A stretch of DNA of 60,123 nucleotides, filler included, from 4 parts of 4 records of this genome joined end to end with filler, not necessarily neighbours in it, one strand, 5' to 3'; shown: positions 1-10,016, counted from the first letter of the whole stretch. Program-made: numbers and translations. Notes: a model not told the origin generated them from the letters alone.

Positions 1-30
1 CCCGTTTGCGATAAGTCGTAGAAGGTCATG
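1..30 (+). repeat. Left copy of a 30-bp perfect terminal inverted repeat (CCCGTTTGCGATAAGTCGTAGAAGGTCATG)
   Basis: Exact reverse complement of 6321-6350; identity stops at position 31/6320. Confidence 0.95.
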
Positions 31-1041
31 ATTCCGACGGTTGCGCTGCTCGAAAAGCTGCAGCTGCCGATTGAATTTGTTTACCCGATGGTTGGCGACG
101 CTGCCCTCTCAGAACACGGCGCACGCTTTCCCGACGCCTCAAAAGCGCAAGTGGATGAAGCCGACGCCACTTTCTTTGGCTCGACCAGTGGCCAAAGCAC
201 GGAGGCTTTGTTCTATCTTCGGTGGGGCAAGCAAACCTATGCCAATGTTCGCCCTTGCCAATTTCGCCCGGGCTATCGATCCCCCATGGCAAACCCGGAC
301 AATATTGATTTTGTCGTGGTTCGGGAAAATCTTGAAGACCTCTACCTGGGATTGGAGGGCGATCTCACCGACTTGGCTAGCCTAAACCTCTACTCAAAAC
401 ACGCTAAGACTTCCTTAAAAGATATGGGGGCAGGACGCTACGCCATCAAAGTGATTACCGAGGTTGGATCCGAGCGGGTGATCCGTTTCGCTTTTGAATT
501 AGCCCGCAAGCGCGGCGGTCTGCGCAAAGTGACGCTCACCTCGAAATACAACATGCTCGCCAAGGCCGACGGCTACTTTCGAGAGATTGGTTTTGAGGTA
601 GCAAAAGACTACCCTGACATCGCCTTTGAAACCTTCATCGTTGATGATTTTCTTTGCCGTATGATTACCAATCCTTGCGCGCTGGATGTCGTTGTCATGC
701 CCAACCTGTACGGCGACATTATGTCCGATGGTGCCGCCGGGCTAATCGGCGGATTGGGCCTCGCCCCTTCTGGCTGCTATGGCGCAGACTACGCCTATTT
801 TGAGTCAGCGCACGGGACGGCACCAGATATCCAGGGGCAAAACATCATTAATCCCACCGCAACTTTACTGTCTGCAAGCATGATGTTGTCCTATCTTGGA
901 CTTGATGATGCGGCCAACACACTCGAGGCCGGCATTTCAAGCCTGTACGCTGCCGGTGAGTGCATACCGGTAGACCAAGGAGGAACCGCCAAGACCAATG
1001 CGTTCTTTCAGGCCCTGGATGGGGCGCTGGGTCTTACTTGA
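28..1041 (+). CDS. Isocitrate/isopropylmalate dehydrogenase family protein, probably 5'-truncated
   Basis: Family motifs YANVRP, VVRENLEDLY, KxNM, PNLYGDIMSD, FESAHGTAPDI, NPTA. The usual N-terminal strand and GDG/GED loop are absent, and there is an in-frame TAG at 19-21. Confidence 0.88.
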   Translation: MIPTVALLEKLQLPIEFVYPMVGDAALSEHGARFPDASKAQVDEADATFFGSTSGQSTEALFYLRWGKQTYANVRPCQFRPGYRSPMANPDNIDFVVVRENLEDLYLGLEGDLTDLASLNLYSKHAKTSLKDMGAGRYAIKVITEVGSERVIRFAFELARKRGGLRKVTLTSKYNMLAKADGYFREIGFEVAKDYPDIAFETFIVDDFLCRMITNPCALDVVVMPNLYGDIMSDGAAGLIGGLGLAPSGCYGADYAYFESAHGTAPDIQGQNIINPTATLLSASMMLSYLGLDDAANTLEAGISSLYAAGECIPVDQGGTAKTNAFFQALDGALGLT

Positions 1042-1081
1042 CATAAGCCAGGCAATCGAACGACCAACACGGTATCGAGCA

Positions 1082-1486
1082 TTAAACCGCGGCCTTGAGC
1101 GCATACAGCACTCGGCCAATCGCGCACAAGACCTGCTCGTCATTGATCACCCGAACTTCGATGGTGCAGAGTTGGCGCCCGCGTTTGATCACTCTCGCCT
1201 CGGCATCCAACCATTGGCCTTGCGCCTGCCTTAAGTAGGTGACGTTCAAATCAGCCGTACCCGCGGGCTGACTGCCCTCCGCGATTTTCGTAAACACGGC
1301 TGCAACGCCCGCCATATCAATCATGGTCGCCAGAACGCCGCCGTTCACACTGCCGCCAATACCGGCGGGAGTCGTTGCGGTTTTCTCCAAACGCAGGCGA
1401 ACGAAATCAGGCATTGCTTCGACGAGCTTTAAGCCTAAATATTGATGAAAAGGATGCTCATCGAAGGTCCTGAAAAACTCATTCAT
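1082..1486 (-). CDS. PaaI family (hotdog-fold) thioesterase
   Basis: GSVNGGVLATMID, TADLNVTYLR, VIKRGR motifs; 134 aa. Confidence 0.9.
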   Translation of the reverse strand: MNEFFRTFDEHPFHQYLGLKLVEAMPDFVRLRLEKTATTPAGIGGSVNGGVLATMIDMAGVAAVFTKIAEGSQPAGTADLNVTYLRQAQGQWLDAEARVIKRGRQLCTIEVRVINDEQVLCAIGRVLYALKAAV

Positions 1487-1528
1487 TACTGTTGCGCTCT
1501 TGATCTAAGGAAGGCTGGCCAAACGATA

Positions 1529-3217
1529 TCAAAACCCATTTTGGATGGACACCACGAATTCATAATCACTTACCAAGGGGTCATCCCTATTTTTCACGGG
1601 CACGGCGAAATCCAGATGAATTATTTTGCCGCGCTCAGCCTTTGTCGGCGCGAGCCGTAATCCCAGCCCCACATCCATCAAGCTTTGTCCGCGATGCCCA
1701 GCAATGTCATCAGGCGTCCAGGCACGGCCCACATCGGCGAAGACAAGCCAGCCCAAATTCATCAAGCCGAGGAGATTTCGATCGAGGTACTGACGGCGCT
1801 CGAGACGCAGGCGCAGGCGCCGATCTCCAGCTTGCACGCGATCGATATAACCCCGCGCGCCGGTTTCTCCGCCGAGAAACAGCTGCTGGCCCGTCATGAC
1901 GTTACGCGCGATATCAAGATCGAGTGATGCATGGTAGCCCGCGCCAACGCTGGGTTTGAATAAGCCTCGGATCCCAGCAGAGAAAACAATATCTTGGGTT
2001 TCATTGCCTTCCAAATCCCGTAAACCGCTTAGGGATACATCCCAGCGCAGCAACCCTTTTTGAGAGGCTAAGACCGCCAATCCCGCCGATGCCGACACCT
2101 GAAGGCGGTCTTGATCCCCGCCCAAGGCCGACGGACTGATGGCGAATCGCAGGTTGTGCACGAGACCCGTCTCGATGTCCTCAGTAAAACCAATCAAATC
2201 AAAGTTTCGTGCGTTTAAAAACTGATCGCTGACACTGGACCATTGAACAAACGGCGCGACCAGTTTTCGGGTCCTGATCTCGCCTGCCTCTAAATTCGTG
2301 ACTCCTGCCAAGAAGACGTCTTGATCCTCATACAGCAGACCAACCGTCACGCGGTGGCTACGACCTGCCTTCAGGCCGCTCGAGATACCATAAAAAAGCG
2401 CACCGGCTGCTTGCTTCCGCTGCGTATCACGGACCCGTTCACCAAACTGGTAAACCCCGATTTGCTCACTAATCTCACTGACTTCCAAACCCCAGCTTTT
2501 ACGCGTATCTAAGGCGTAAAAAGGCTGCCCAATAGCAAACGCGCGCACATCACCATCATCATTGTTCTCAATGTAGACCGAAGATTGAACCCGGGTATTG
2601 AACAGATGCTTAGTTGATAGCTCGAACTGCTGGCCCTGACGATCTAGATTTTTAACCGTTTTAAATTCAACTTGGACCCCAAGACCGAGCAGGTTTTTTT
2701 CGCGCACCCCAAAACCCGTCTTACTGTTTCCGCCTGAACGATTCAGCGCCAACCGGGGTGTTAAGGACCAAGCATCCTGGGTGGTGACTTCAACATCAAC
2801 TTCAGATTCACAGGGATTCCGAACTTTAATGCTGGCATCCATCAGGTAAGGTCGCGAACGCAATAATCGCGCAGACTCCGCCAACGCTGCAGGCGACAGG
2901 GTTGATCCCACCTCAAACAACAATTGCGGCTTGATCACCGATTCACGGGTTTGCCAATGCAAACGGTTTAAGCCGGCAAGGATTTCGTCACCAAGGGTTT
3001 CACGGCTTGGATCAAATACGGGCTCGCCCTTCATGACAATGGCGCGCACTATCGGTAGCCGCTTAATCGCCAGGGCACGCTCGACGCGCTGTGAGGGCTC
3101 GCTCGCGCACTCCGAGACGGGTAAGGAATCCGCCACTGCTTTGGTCGCTAAAATCACTAGCAAAAACACCATTAGAAACAGAGGTAAAATCTGGCGGAGT
3201 AGGCGCAGCGCCGGCAT
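1529..3217 (-). CDS. Omp85/BamA-TamA-like outer-membrane protein (POTRA plus beta-barrel)
   Basis: Signal peptide, POTRA-like TRESVI...LLF...ESARLLR, E-K-N-LLGLG barrel start, LGG..GARGY loop-6 motif, C-terminal Phe. Confidence 0.8.
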   Translation of the reverse strand: MPALRLLRQILPLFLMVFLLVILATKAVADSLPVSECASEPSQRVERALAIKRLPIVRAIVMKGEPVFDPSRETLGDEILAGLNRLHWQTRESVIKPQLLFEVGSTLSPAALAESARLLRSRPYLMDASIKVRNPCESEVDVEVTTQDAWSLTPRLALNRSGGNSKTGFGVREKNLLGLGVQVEFKTVKNLDRQGQQFELSTKHLFNTRVQSSVYIENNDDGDVRAFAIGQPFYALDTRKSWGLEVSEISEQIGVYQFGERVRDTQRKQAAGALFYGISSGLKAGRSHRVTVGLLYEDQDVFLAGVTNLEAGEIRTRKLVAPFVQWSSVSDQFLNARNFDLIGFTEDIETGLVHNLRFAISPSALGGDQDRLQVSASAGLAVLASQKGLLRWDVSLSGLRDLEGNETQDIVFSAGIRGLFKPSVGAGYHASLDLDIARNVMTGQQLFLGGETGARGYIDRVQAGDRRLRLRLERRQYLDRNLLGLMNLGWLVFADVGRAWTPDDIAGHRGQSLMDVGLGLRLAPTKAERGKIIHLDFAVPVKNRDDPLVSDYEFVVSIQNGF

Positions 3218-3458
3218 AGTACTGATTCCTGAAAAGGGCTAGTCTACCTGAAGCCCGCTCTCGATCACTAATCACCGATGACGCTAGTCCCTGGTTTTGA
3301 CCCGTCCACCAGCATCGGTTCACCCGATAGACTGACTACCTTAAGTGACCTCGCACCACAAAATAGGTTTTCTTCTGTGTTGAAGCCCGGTCAAATGGTT
3401 CTGGATTTTGGTTCGCGATGATTGCTTTGCAACGCTCTGCCTTCCATCTGATAAATGC

Positions 3459-3488
3459 AAAAAAAACCCGGCACTAGCCGGGTTTTTT
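3459..3488 (-). terminator. Intrinsic terminator (bidirectional type) after the TonB-dependent receptor
   Basis: A8-CCCGGC-ACTA-GCCGGG-T6 hairpin about 20 nt past the receptor stop codon. Confidence 0.85.
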
Positions 3489-3507
3489 AAATCGCTCTAG
3501 GGCACTC

Positions 3508-5895
3508 CTAGAACTGATAGCTTAACTCAAGCCCGACCGTCCTAGGCCTATTTACGATCCCTGCTGCAAACAAGGTCGCAATTGGCTGAAAGACCTCAAA
3601 TCGTTGATCGGTTAGATTCTTACCATAGGCCTCAATTGCCCAGTTCTCTGCATAGTAACCAACCGACAAAGAAACATCTTCTCGAGCGCCTACTTTTGAT
3701 TGCGTTAAATTAAGAAGTGACGCATCAAAAGCTGCAATCTTTGTGACTTTGGCAAACACATCAACTGAACCGTCACCAACTGCGAAGGACAGAGTACCAC
3801 CCACACCCAAAGTGTATTCAGGCGAATTTCTTGGCGTTAAAAAGGTGGCATCCTCAACGACGGTAACACCGTCATTAGGATTAATGTCCGTATCGAAGAC
3901 TTCGTATTCAGCATCCAATGTGCCGTAGTTCAAGAAGACCCGTGCAACGTTGTTGAAGACGTACTGAATTTCAATTTCTACGCCGGAGTACAGCACACTA
4001 CCAGCATTGTCGAACACCGAGGCAACCGTTTTGGTGTCGGGGTCTAGCGCAACAAATGACTCTTGCTTGTCTTCGAAATCATTTCTGAAATAAGTCGCAT
4101 TAAAGCGTAAGCGATTATCTAAATGCTGACTCTTATAGCCTATTTCTAAATTACCTGCAGTTTCAGGGTCGTACTGATCCCGCTCAAAATCCCGAATGTT
4201 CTGGTTGACGCCGAAGAAACCGCCCGAATGAAACCCTTCCGAGTAGGTTGCGAAAACCATCGACGTATCATTGATCGTGTACGTTAAACCGATCTTGGGC
4301 GAGACCTCCGTCCACTCTTGCTCGAGATCAGCATATTCAGGGAACTGCCGAAGTGTTTCACGATCAGCTGTCGTCAGATACGACTGGCCAGCGATGAAAT
4401 CTTTTTCTTCCTTGGTCCAGCGTATACCAGCCGTCAGGGTTAAGGCATCGGTCAGATCGTAATCCATTTGCGCGAATACCGCGGTAGATTTTGTCTCTTG
4501 CGTCTCATACAAGATCTGATGAATATTCTGCGTGGCTATTCCCTCAGCCGTCATACCTTGATCACAGGCAATCGGCGCGAAACCGCCGGCCTTACAAACG
4601 TCTAAACCACTCACACCAGGCCCACCCAAGTCTGGATTGGCCAGATTTGCGCCAAATAACACACCCCAAAACGCATCACCTGTGTACCAATCTTGCACAA
4701 ACTCATTTTGAAAGTAGTACAGACCCGCGGTGAAGCTCAATCGATCAAAATTACCGTCGATCCTAAGCTCTTGGCTGGTTTGGTCATACTCATTAAAGCG
4801 CTCGATGGTTATGAAAGGGAAAGACGATGCGTCGTAGTCGTAAAGGCGGTATTCATCTACTTGGCGATAACCTGTTGAAGAAACAACCGTCAGATTTTCG
4901 TCTATGTCCAAGCTCATATTGAGCGTCACCGCATCCGTGTCGAGGCTATAGTTGTTGTCTTTATCGTTGTCGGAAAACTCGGGCCGATCCAGCGTGTTTC
5001 GACAAGCCCCAAAAGCGTTACAGTTTAAAAACCCGCCGCTGAAATCATTTTCGGGGGATCCGGCTGGGGGAGCCGGTAACAAACCCGCTGGGACGTTGTA
5101 ATTAGTATGAAAAGCATCGAGCGTACCTTCATCCGAAAACGTCTCAACGGTCAAGGTCGCTTCAAAATTATCGGTTGGCGTATACAAGAACGTAGCGCCT
5201 CCTGCTGAATAATCTTTTTCTGCGACACCGTTACCCGTCGTTACGTTATCCATGAACCCGTCGTAATCTATTTTCGTCGCAAACAATTTCATCGCGATGT
5301 CATCGCTAATGGCGGTATTCAACACCCCACGTACTTCCTGCTGGCCATCTTTACCTGCGGTTACCTTAAACTTACCGCCAAGCTCACCTGTTGGCCTGCT
5401 CCGAATCACGTTAACAACACCACCCACCGTATTTTTACCAAAGAGCGTACCCTGTGGTCCCCGCAGCACTTCCACTCGTTCTAGATCAAAATTTTCTAGA
5501 ACTTGCCCTGCAGCACTACCCAAATAGATACCGTCAATCACGACCGCAATAGGGGCATCAAACGAATTATCATCACTCCGAGTCGGGCTGATGCCGCGAA
5601 TGTTAATATCGGCACCGCCACCACCGCGACTGCCATTGGTGCCGAAAATTAGATTCGGCGCATACCCATCGAGATCCGAAAGGTTTCGAATCGAGCTATT
5701 CTCCAATTCTTGGGTCAGTGCCGTAATCGCAATCGGCACGTCCTGAACCGATTCCTCTTGCTTTCTTGCAGTCACGACGACCTCTTCAATCATCGCTCGT
5801 TGACGTTCCTCCGCCATCGCTTGCCCTGAAAACCCTGCCAAGACAGCAAAGCTTCCCGCCACGCCATAGCCACAAACACGACTTAAATATCCCAT
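3508..5895 (-). CDS. TonB-dependent receptor
   Basis: Signal peptide, TonB box EEVVVTARK, plug motif ERVEVLRGPQGTLFGKNTVGGVVN, C-terminal PRTVGLELSYQF. Start set at ATG 5895 after a GGGGAAG RBS. Confidence 0.95.
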   Translation of the reverse strand: MGYLSRVCGYGVAGSFAVLAGFSGQAMAEERQRAMIEEVVVTARKQEESVQDVPIAITALTQELENSSIRNLSDLDGYAPNLIFGTNGSRGGGGADINIRGISPTRSDDNSFDAPIAVVIDGIYLGSAAGQVLENFDLERVEVLRGPQGTLFGKNTVGGVVNVIRSRPTGELGGKFKVTAGKDGQQEVRGVLNTAISDDIAMKLFATKIDYDGFMDNVTTGNGVAEKDYSAGGATFLYTPTDNFEATLTVETFSDEGTLDAFHTNYNVPAGLLPAPPAGSPENDFSGGFLNCNAFGACRNTLDRPEFSDNDKDNNYSLDTDAVTLNMSLDIDENLTVVSSTGYRQVDEYRLYDYDASSFPFITIERFNEYDQTSQELRIDGNFDRLSFTAGLYYFQNEFVQDWYTGDAFWGVLFGANLANPDLGGPGVSGLDVCKAGGFAPIACDQGMTAEGIATQNIHQILYETQETKSTAVFAQMDYDLTDALTLTAGIRWTKEEKDFIAGQSYLTTADRETLRQFPEYADLEQEWTEVSPKIGLTYTINDTSMVFATYSEGFHSGGFFGVNQNIRDFERDQYDPETAGNLEIGYKSQHLDNRLRFNATYFRNDFEDKQESFVALDPDTKTVASVFDNAGSVLYSGVEIEIQYVFNNVARVFLNYGTLDAEYEVFDTDINPNDGVTVVEDATFLTPRNSPEYTLGVGGTLSFAVGDGSVDVFAKVTKIAAFDASLLNLTQSKVGAREDVSLSVGYYAENWAIEAYGKNLTDQRFEVFQPIATLFAAGIVNRPRTVGLELSYQF

Positions 5896-6215
5896 AGAAC
5901 TTCCCCAAAGTTTATTGTTTTTCACTACTACCGTAGACAAGCAGAAGTTCGGAGAAAAAGCAAGCATGTTTGTTTCTATGGATACAGCGCGAATGGAACA
6001 AAATTTACCAACCTAAGTCTTTTCCAATTCCAAACATTTGTGCTCAACCGCTTTCCTTTTCTTAAGGCGACTGACCGACAATTTTAAATTTTGATCGCTG
6101 CGTTATCGCAGAAACCGAAGACCTCATTCCAGACGGCTCTGGTTCACACGGGATAACCGATTTTCCAGCTCTCACTTGAACGAGCGACGTATCCAACAGG
6201 TTGCCAAACCAATGC

Positions 6216-6260
6216 AAAAAAAGTCCGGCTTAAACCGGGTGCTGATACCGAGGCCGGACT
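6216..6260 (-). terminator. Terminator-like hairpin upstream of the receptor gene
   Basis: AGTCCGGC (6222-6229) pairs with GCCGGACT (6253-6260); followed by a T-run on the minus strand. Confidence 0.55.
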
Positions 6261-6320
6261 GATCATCCCTAAGAGCCCAGTTGTTAAGACCGTGCTTCTA
6301 TCTTCACGATTGGAACTAAA

Positions 6321-6350
6321 CATGACCTTCTACGACTTATCGCAAACGGG
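6321..6350 (-). repeat. Right copy of the 30-bp terminal inverted repeat
   Basis: CATGACCTTCTACGACTTATCGCAAACGGG is the reverse complement of 1-30. Confidence 0.95.
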
Positions 6351-6450
6351 NNNNNNNNNNNNNNNNNNNNNNNNNNNNNNNNNNNNNNNNNNNNTTAATT
6401 AATTAANNNNNNNNNNNNNNNNNNNNNNNNNNNNNNNNNNNNNNNNNNNN
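6351..6450. other. Artificial contig spacer
   Basis: N44-TTAATTAATTAA-N44, which gives stops in all six frames. Confidence 0.99.
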
Positions 6451-7349
6451 CCACCAAGAAAGTAAATAGCGAATGCAGCTAGCCCTAAAATCCCGGGAAG
6501 TCCGAAGCCTGGAGTTTTGAACTCAAGGTAAACGCCAAGGATTCCTGCGATGAGCAGGATCGAACTGATTTTATTTATCCATGTCCCTGCTTTTTCAGCT
6601 CCAGTGGGTGTGATTCTGATCACTTCAGGATTTGCATAACCCAAAACCTCGATAAGTTCGACTTGAGAGTTTACCGTCCCATGGCTCATTAACTTTTGCG
6701 GAGGACTGCCATAGTTGATTTCCGCTTCTTTATTTGTCAGAGTCAGAATCTGACCTTTTTCCGACAAGACTTTGTCTCCCTTCTTAAGTTCTTTGGATTT
6801 GTCGATCATGGCTTCCACCACAGCAGGGTCATGTCCGTTCTCTTCCGCGGTTGCACGGATAAGCGCTGAAATCCCAGAAGTCATTTTGACTTCCATGGTG
6901 TTGGGCATTTCACTGGCTCCACCTCCAGGGCTTACCATGATGGGTGCAGCTGCACCTATCACGCTGACAGGCGACATATAGATTTCATTTGTAGCGACTG
7001 ATATAAAAGCTCCTGCTGAAAAAGCCTTGGAGTTGATGTAAGTTACCTTACGACCTTTGAATTTGGTGATGATTTGGATAATTTCCTGCGTTACATCGAC
7101 TCGACCTCCATTGGTATCCATGTCCAGTATGAGGCAGTCGGCTTTTGAAGCAATGGCCTCCTTTACACCCCGGCGAACAAGATAGGTGAGGGGCGGCATG
7201 ATGTCCTCCCTGATCGGGATAATGTAGATTTTCTCCTTTTGGATGGATTGAACTTTTATGTCCGCTCCATGCACGAACTGTGAAAGTCCTGACAAGAGAG
7301 AAAAATAAACAAAAAGCCATTTGCTGAAGGTCATGTCTGAAAGATACAT
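6451..7349 (-). CDS. nfeD: NfeD family membrane-bound ClpP-class serine protease, 3'-truncated by contig end
   Basis: LDMDTNGG, AFSAGAFI, IGAAAP, LTLT and the LEFKTPGFGLPGILG transmembrane motif. Confidence 0.9.
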
Positions 7350-7444
7350 CTAGGCATCGGCTACTTCAACTTCGCTTTGGAGCAGATGTGTTATTTCCCG
7401 CATGCGACGGCAATGGCCAAACTCTCCTAATGAAGCAAAGATTT

Positions 7445-9040
7445 TCAGGCTAAACCCGCGTGGACAAGCATATTTTGGATTTCCGTAGGAGTAGATTCCA
7501 ATTTGTGGGCATGCTCAAATAAGGGGGCTGTTTCTGCTCGAAAATATGGATTTTTTGTTTTAGTGGATACCCCAATCACATTGAACTCAGTGATTGCCGC
7601 ATCAACACAAGACTGAAGATCCTTCCATCTTTCCTCCGCTGTCTTCTCACTTTGATGGATGCGCTTGATGTTTTCGAATGTGGAAAGAATGTGTGATGAC
7701 AAGGTTGGATCTTCACTGAAAAGAAATCCAGAAGCCAATTTTTTCTTGCCGAGCCGACGGGCTGTTTCAGTGTAACTGACAGCTGCGAAATAGACCAGAG
7801 AGGTGGCTGCAAAATGACGGAAATCATTCATGGTGGCATATAAAGTTCCAATCAACTGGTCAACCATTCTGAGATCAGCTTTCGACGACTTGGCCAGAGA
7901 ACTCAAGGCCGCGAGAGGACCGGGTCGCCTCAGTGATTGAGGTGAGAGGCAAGAAGCTAATCTTTGAATGTTTTGAAGTGTCAGGGGGAATCCTGTCGAA
8001 AGAAGCGGATCAATGAATCCAGCAGAAGAGGAAAGCATGATCCATCGGTTTCCGCATGTTCGCTCCATTTCGAAACCCACACGTTTTATTTTGCGCAAAG
8101 GGTATAGAGGAACTGCCTTTTGGAATAATCGCTTAAGTTCATCATGCTTGTTAACAACGCTCGACCAGATCGATTCGGGTGATTGATCTTGGATCGATCG
8201 ATAATTTTTTTCTCTTAAGACAGCTCCCGCACTTACCTGACCGTGATCAAATCTCAAAGACCAAACCCACCCACCGTCAATGATATGGTGAATGGCTGAG
8301 TCTTCTGGGTGGTATGGCAACGGTTCAGTCCCCAATTGACTATTTGAAGGGTGTATTGTTGCTACCCCACTGAAGTGCCCATGAACGGCAAACGTCTCAG
8401 GCGTGGAAGTGAGAGGTTTTTTTCTTATATTGAGAAGCTGGCCAATGCCGGCTCGCCCTCCACAGGCATCGATGAGCAACCCTGCCTTTACTCGTCGCTT
8501 CCTTTGCTCACTTTTGATCCAAAGTAAAACGCCATCGTCTTCTTCCCTCAAATCAGAGATATCTGTGAGATCCGAATATTCCACGCCCATTTTTTTACAT
8601 TGATCAACCAGAAAAAGGTCCCAATCGGCACGCCACCATTGTGTGTCTGCGACAAAGTTATTGGGACTCGCTGCAACTAACAGTTCATCATCCCATTCCC
8701 TGAGGTCGGAGGATTTCCCTTTTGATTGACGGTTGTAAAAACTGAATCCCCGTTTTAATCCCACCTTCAAGTCAGGATGAACCTTTTTCCATTTACCATA
8801 TTGCGTGAAATCCAGAAGAAATGGCAAGTCATGAGCTTTTGCTATTTCCTCAAGCAAAAGATTGGTCAGTGGGGTAGTGGATTCTCCGATAGTCATTCTT
8901 GGGTGCTGACCTTTTTCAACAAGCAATACACTGCAACCCTGCTTACGGGCGATCATCGCTGTAAGCGCACCGGCAAAACCAGAGCCAAGAACGACGACAT
9001 CAAAGTGTTGCTTTCGCATCATGGGTGGCACGTGTGACAT
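7445..9040 (-). CDS. Flavin-dependent halogenase family protein
   Basis: GSGFAG FAD motif, IGES, K-R-G-F segment with candidate catalytic Lys, GWVWSL (WxWxI-type), GFIDPLLSTG halide-site motif. Confidence 0.8.
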   Translation of the reverse strand: MSHVPPMMRKQHFDVVVLGSGFAGALTAMIARKQGCSVLLVEKGQHPRMTIGESTTPLTNLLLEEIAKAHDLPFLLDFTQYGKWKKVHPDLKVGLKRGFSFYNRQSKGKSSDLREWDDELLVAASPNNFVADTQWWRADWDLFLVDQCKKMGVEYSDLTDISDLREEDDGVLLWIKSEQRKRRVKAGLLIDACGGRAGIGQLLNIRKKPLTSTPETFAVHGHFSGVATIHPSNSQLGTEPLPYHPEDSAIHHIIDGGWVWSLRFDHGQVSAGAVLREKNYRSIQDQSPESIWSSVVNKHDELKRLFQKAVPLYPLRKIKRVGFEMERTCGNRWIMLSSSAGFIDPLLSTGFPLTLQNIQRLASCLSPQSLRRPGPLAALSSLAKSSKADLRMVDQLIGTLYATMNDFRHFAATSLVYFAAVSYTETARRLGKKKLASGFLFSEDPTLSSHILSTFENIKRIHQSEKTAEERWKDLQSCVDAAITEFNVIGVSTKTKNPYFRAETAPLFEHAHKLESTPTEIQNMLVHAGLA

Positions 9041-9996
9041 TGGATTTCCGGCAATATTTTTTGAAATTGATTCATCTGCTCCAATCTTGCGCGCCTGGGC
9101 TCAAAACATACCTTGCATTCACTGAACATTTTCAGGTCCCAGAGATCAACAAAGACTCGACCCCGGTCCATTTGCAGGGCATGTGAAAAACAGGATTCCA
9201 AGGTATGGATCGTTGGTTGGGCAAAGTTCCCCTGATTTTTTAATGCATGCATCGCTCCGGTGGTGGCCCTTGAGGGGATCAGTGACACGCATGAGGCCTC
9301 CTGATCAAAGGCAAAACGAACGGACCTCTGACAAAGACTCAAAGCTTCTGCCTGGCCTGTAAATGGTGGCTGAACCATGATAAATGCACGATGTGCAATA
9401 CTTTGTGCGTTGAGAAACTCACAGGCTGTCATGTAATCCTCAAGGGAAAACCGCTTATTTAATTTATCCAGGAGAGGATCATCAGCAACTTCCAATCCCA
9501 TGGCGATTTCCAACTGGGGGTCCAGTAGTTCTTTGAAAAGCGAGATATGCTTCCCTGAAAGTTTAGGGTGATTCTCAACTATGACTCGTTCATAGCCTGA
9601 AAGAGAATTTGCAATCCGCATGTAATCGGCCGTATAGATGGCTTTTGTGTCAAAAAAGCTACCGCTGTTGTATATCTTGATCTGCCTTAGTCGGTGCTTG
9701 GAAGACTTTTCCAATTGTCGGAGTGCAGAACTAAGTTGGACTGGAGCATGCCCGGGTGACATGGGTTTTAAAGATGTATGCTTCCATAAATCACACATGA
9801 CACATGTCCAGGGACACTCCCGATTGATCAAGAAAATGGTTGCTGTTTCCAATAAACAACCCATGGGCCCCATTTCTTGTTCCACAAGTATATCAGGAGT
9901 GGATTGCGCCCCAGGTCGGCTCGTGGGCTCACGTAACGCCCTGATCCACTGAGTGCGTGTTGAAGCAGTTTCGGGGTATGGGGTTGATTGAAGCAT
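9019..9996 (-). CDS. Radical SAM protein, RaSEA/COG1244-like
   Basis: CPWTCVMC (CxxxCxxC), IKIYNSGSFFD, ENHP, EIAMGLE, QPPF and a C-terminal CxxC; overlaps the halogenase gene by 22 nt. Confidence 0.82.
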   Translation of the reverse strand: MLQSTPYPETASTRTQWIRALREPTSRPGAQSTPDILVEQEMGPMGCLLETATIFLINRECPWTCVMCDLWKHTSLKPMSPGHAPVQLSSALRQLEKSSKHRLRQIKIYNSGSFFDTKAIYTADYMRIANSLSGYERVIVENHPKLSGKHISLFKELLDPQLEIAMGLEVADDPLLDKLNKRFSLEDYMTACEFLNAQSIAHRAFIMVQPPFTGQAEALSLCQRSVRFAFDQEASCVSLIPSRATTGAMHALKNQGNFAQPTIHTLESCFSHALQMDRGRVFVDLWDLKMFSECKVCFEPRRARLEQMNQFQKILPEIQCHTCHP

Positions 9997-10016
9997 GTGC
10001 CTGTAAGTCCTTTGAA

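Noticed and set aside
6395-6406. TTAATTAATTAA palindrome repeated three times in the window
   Set aside because: Embedded in N-runs of fixed length; an artificial six-frame stop linker.
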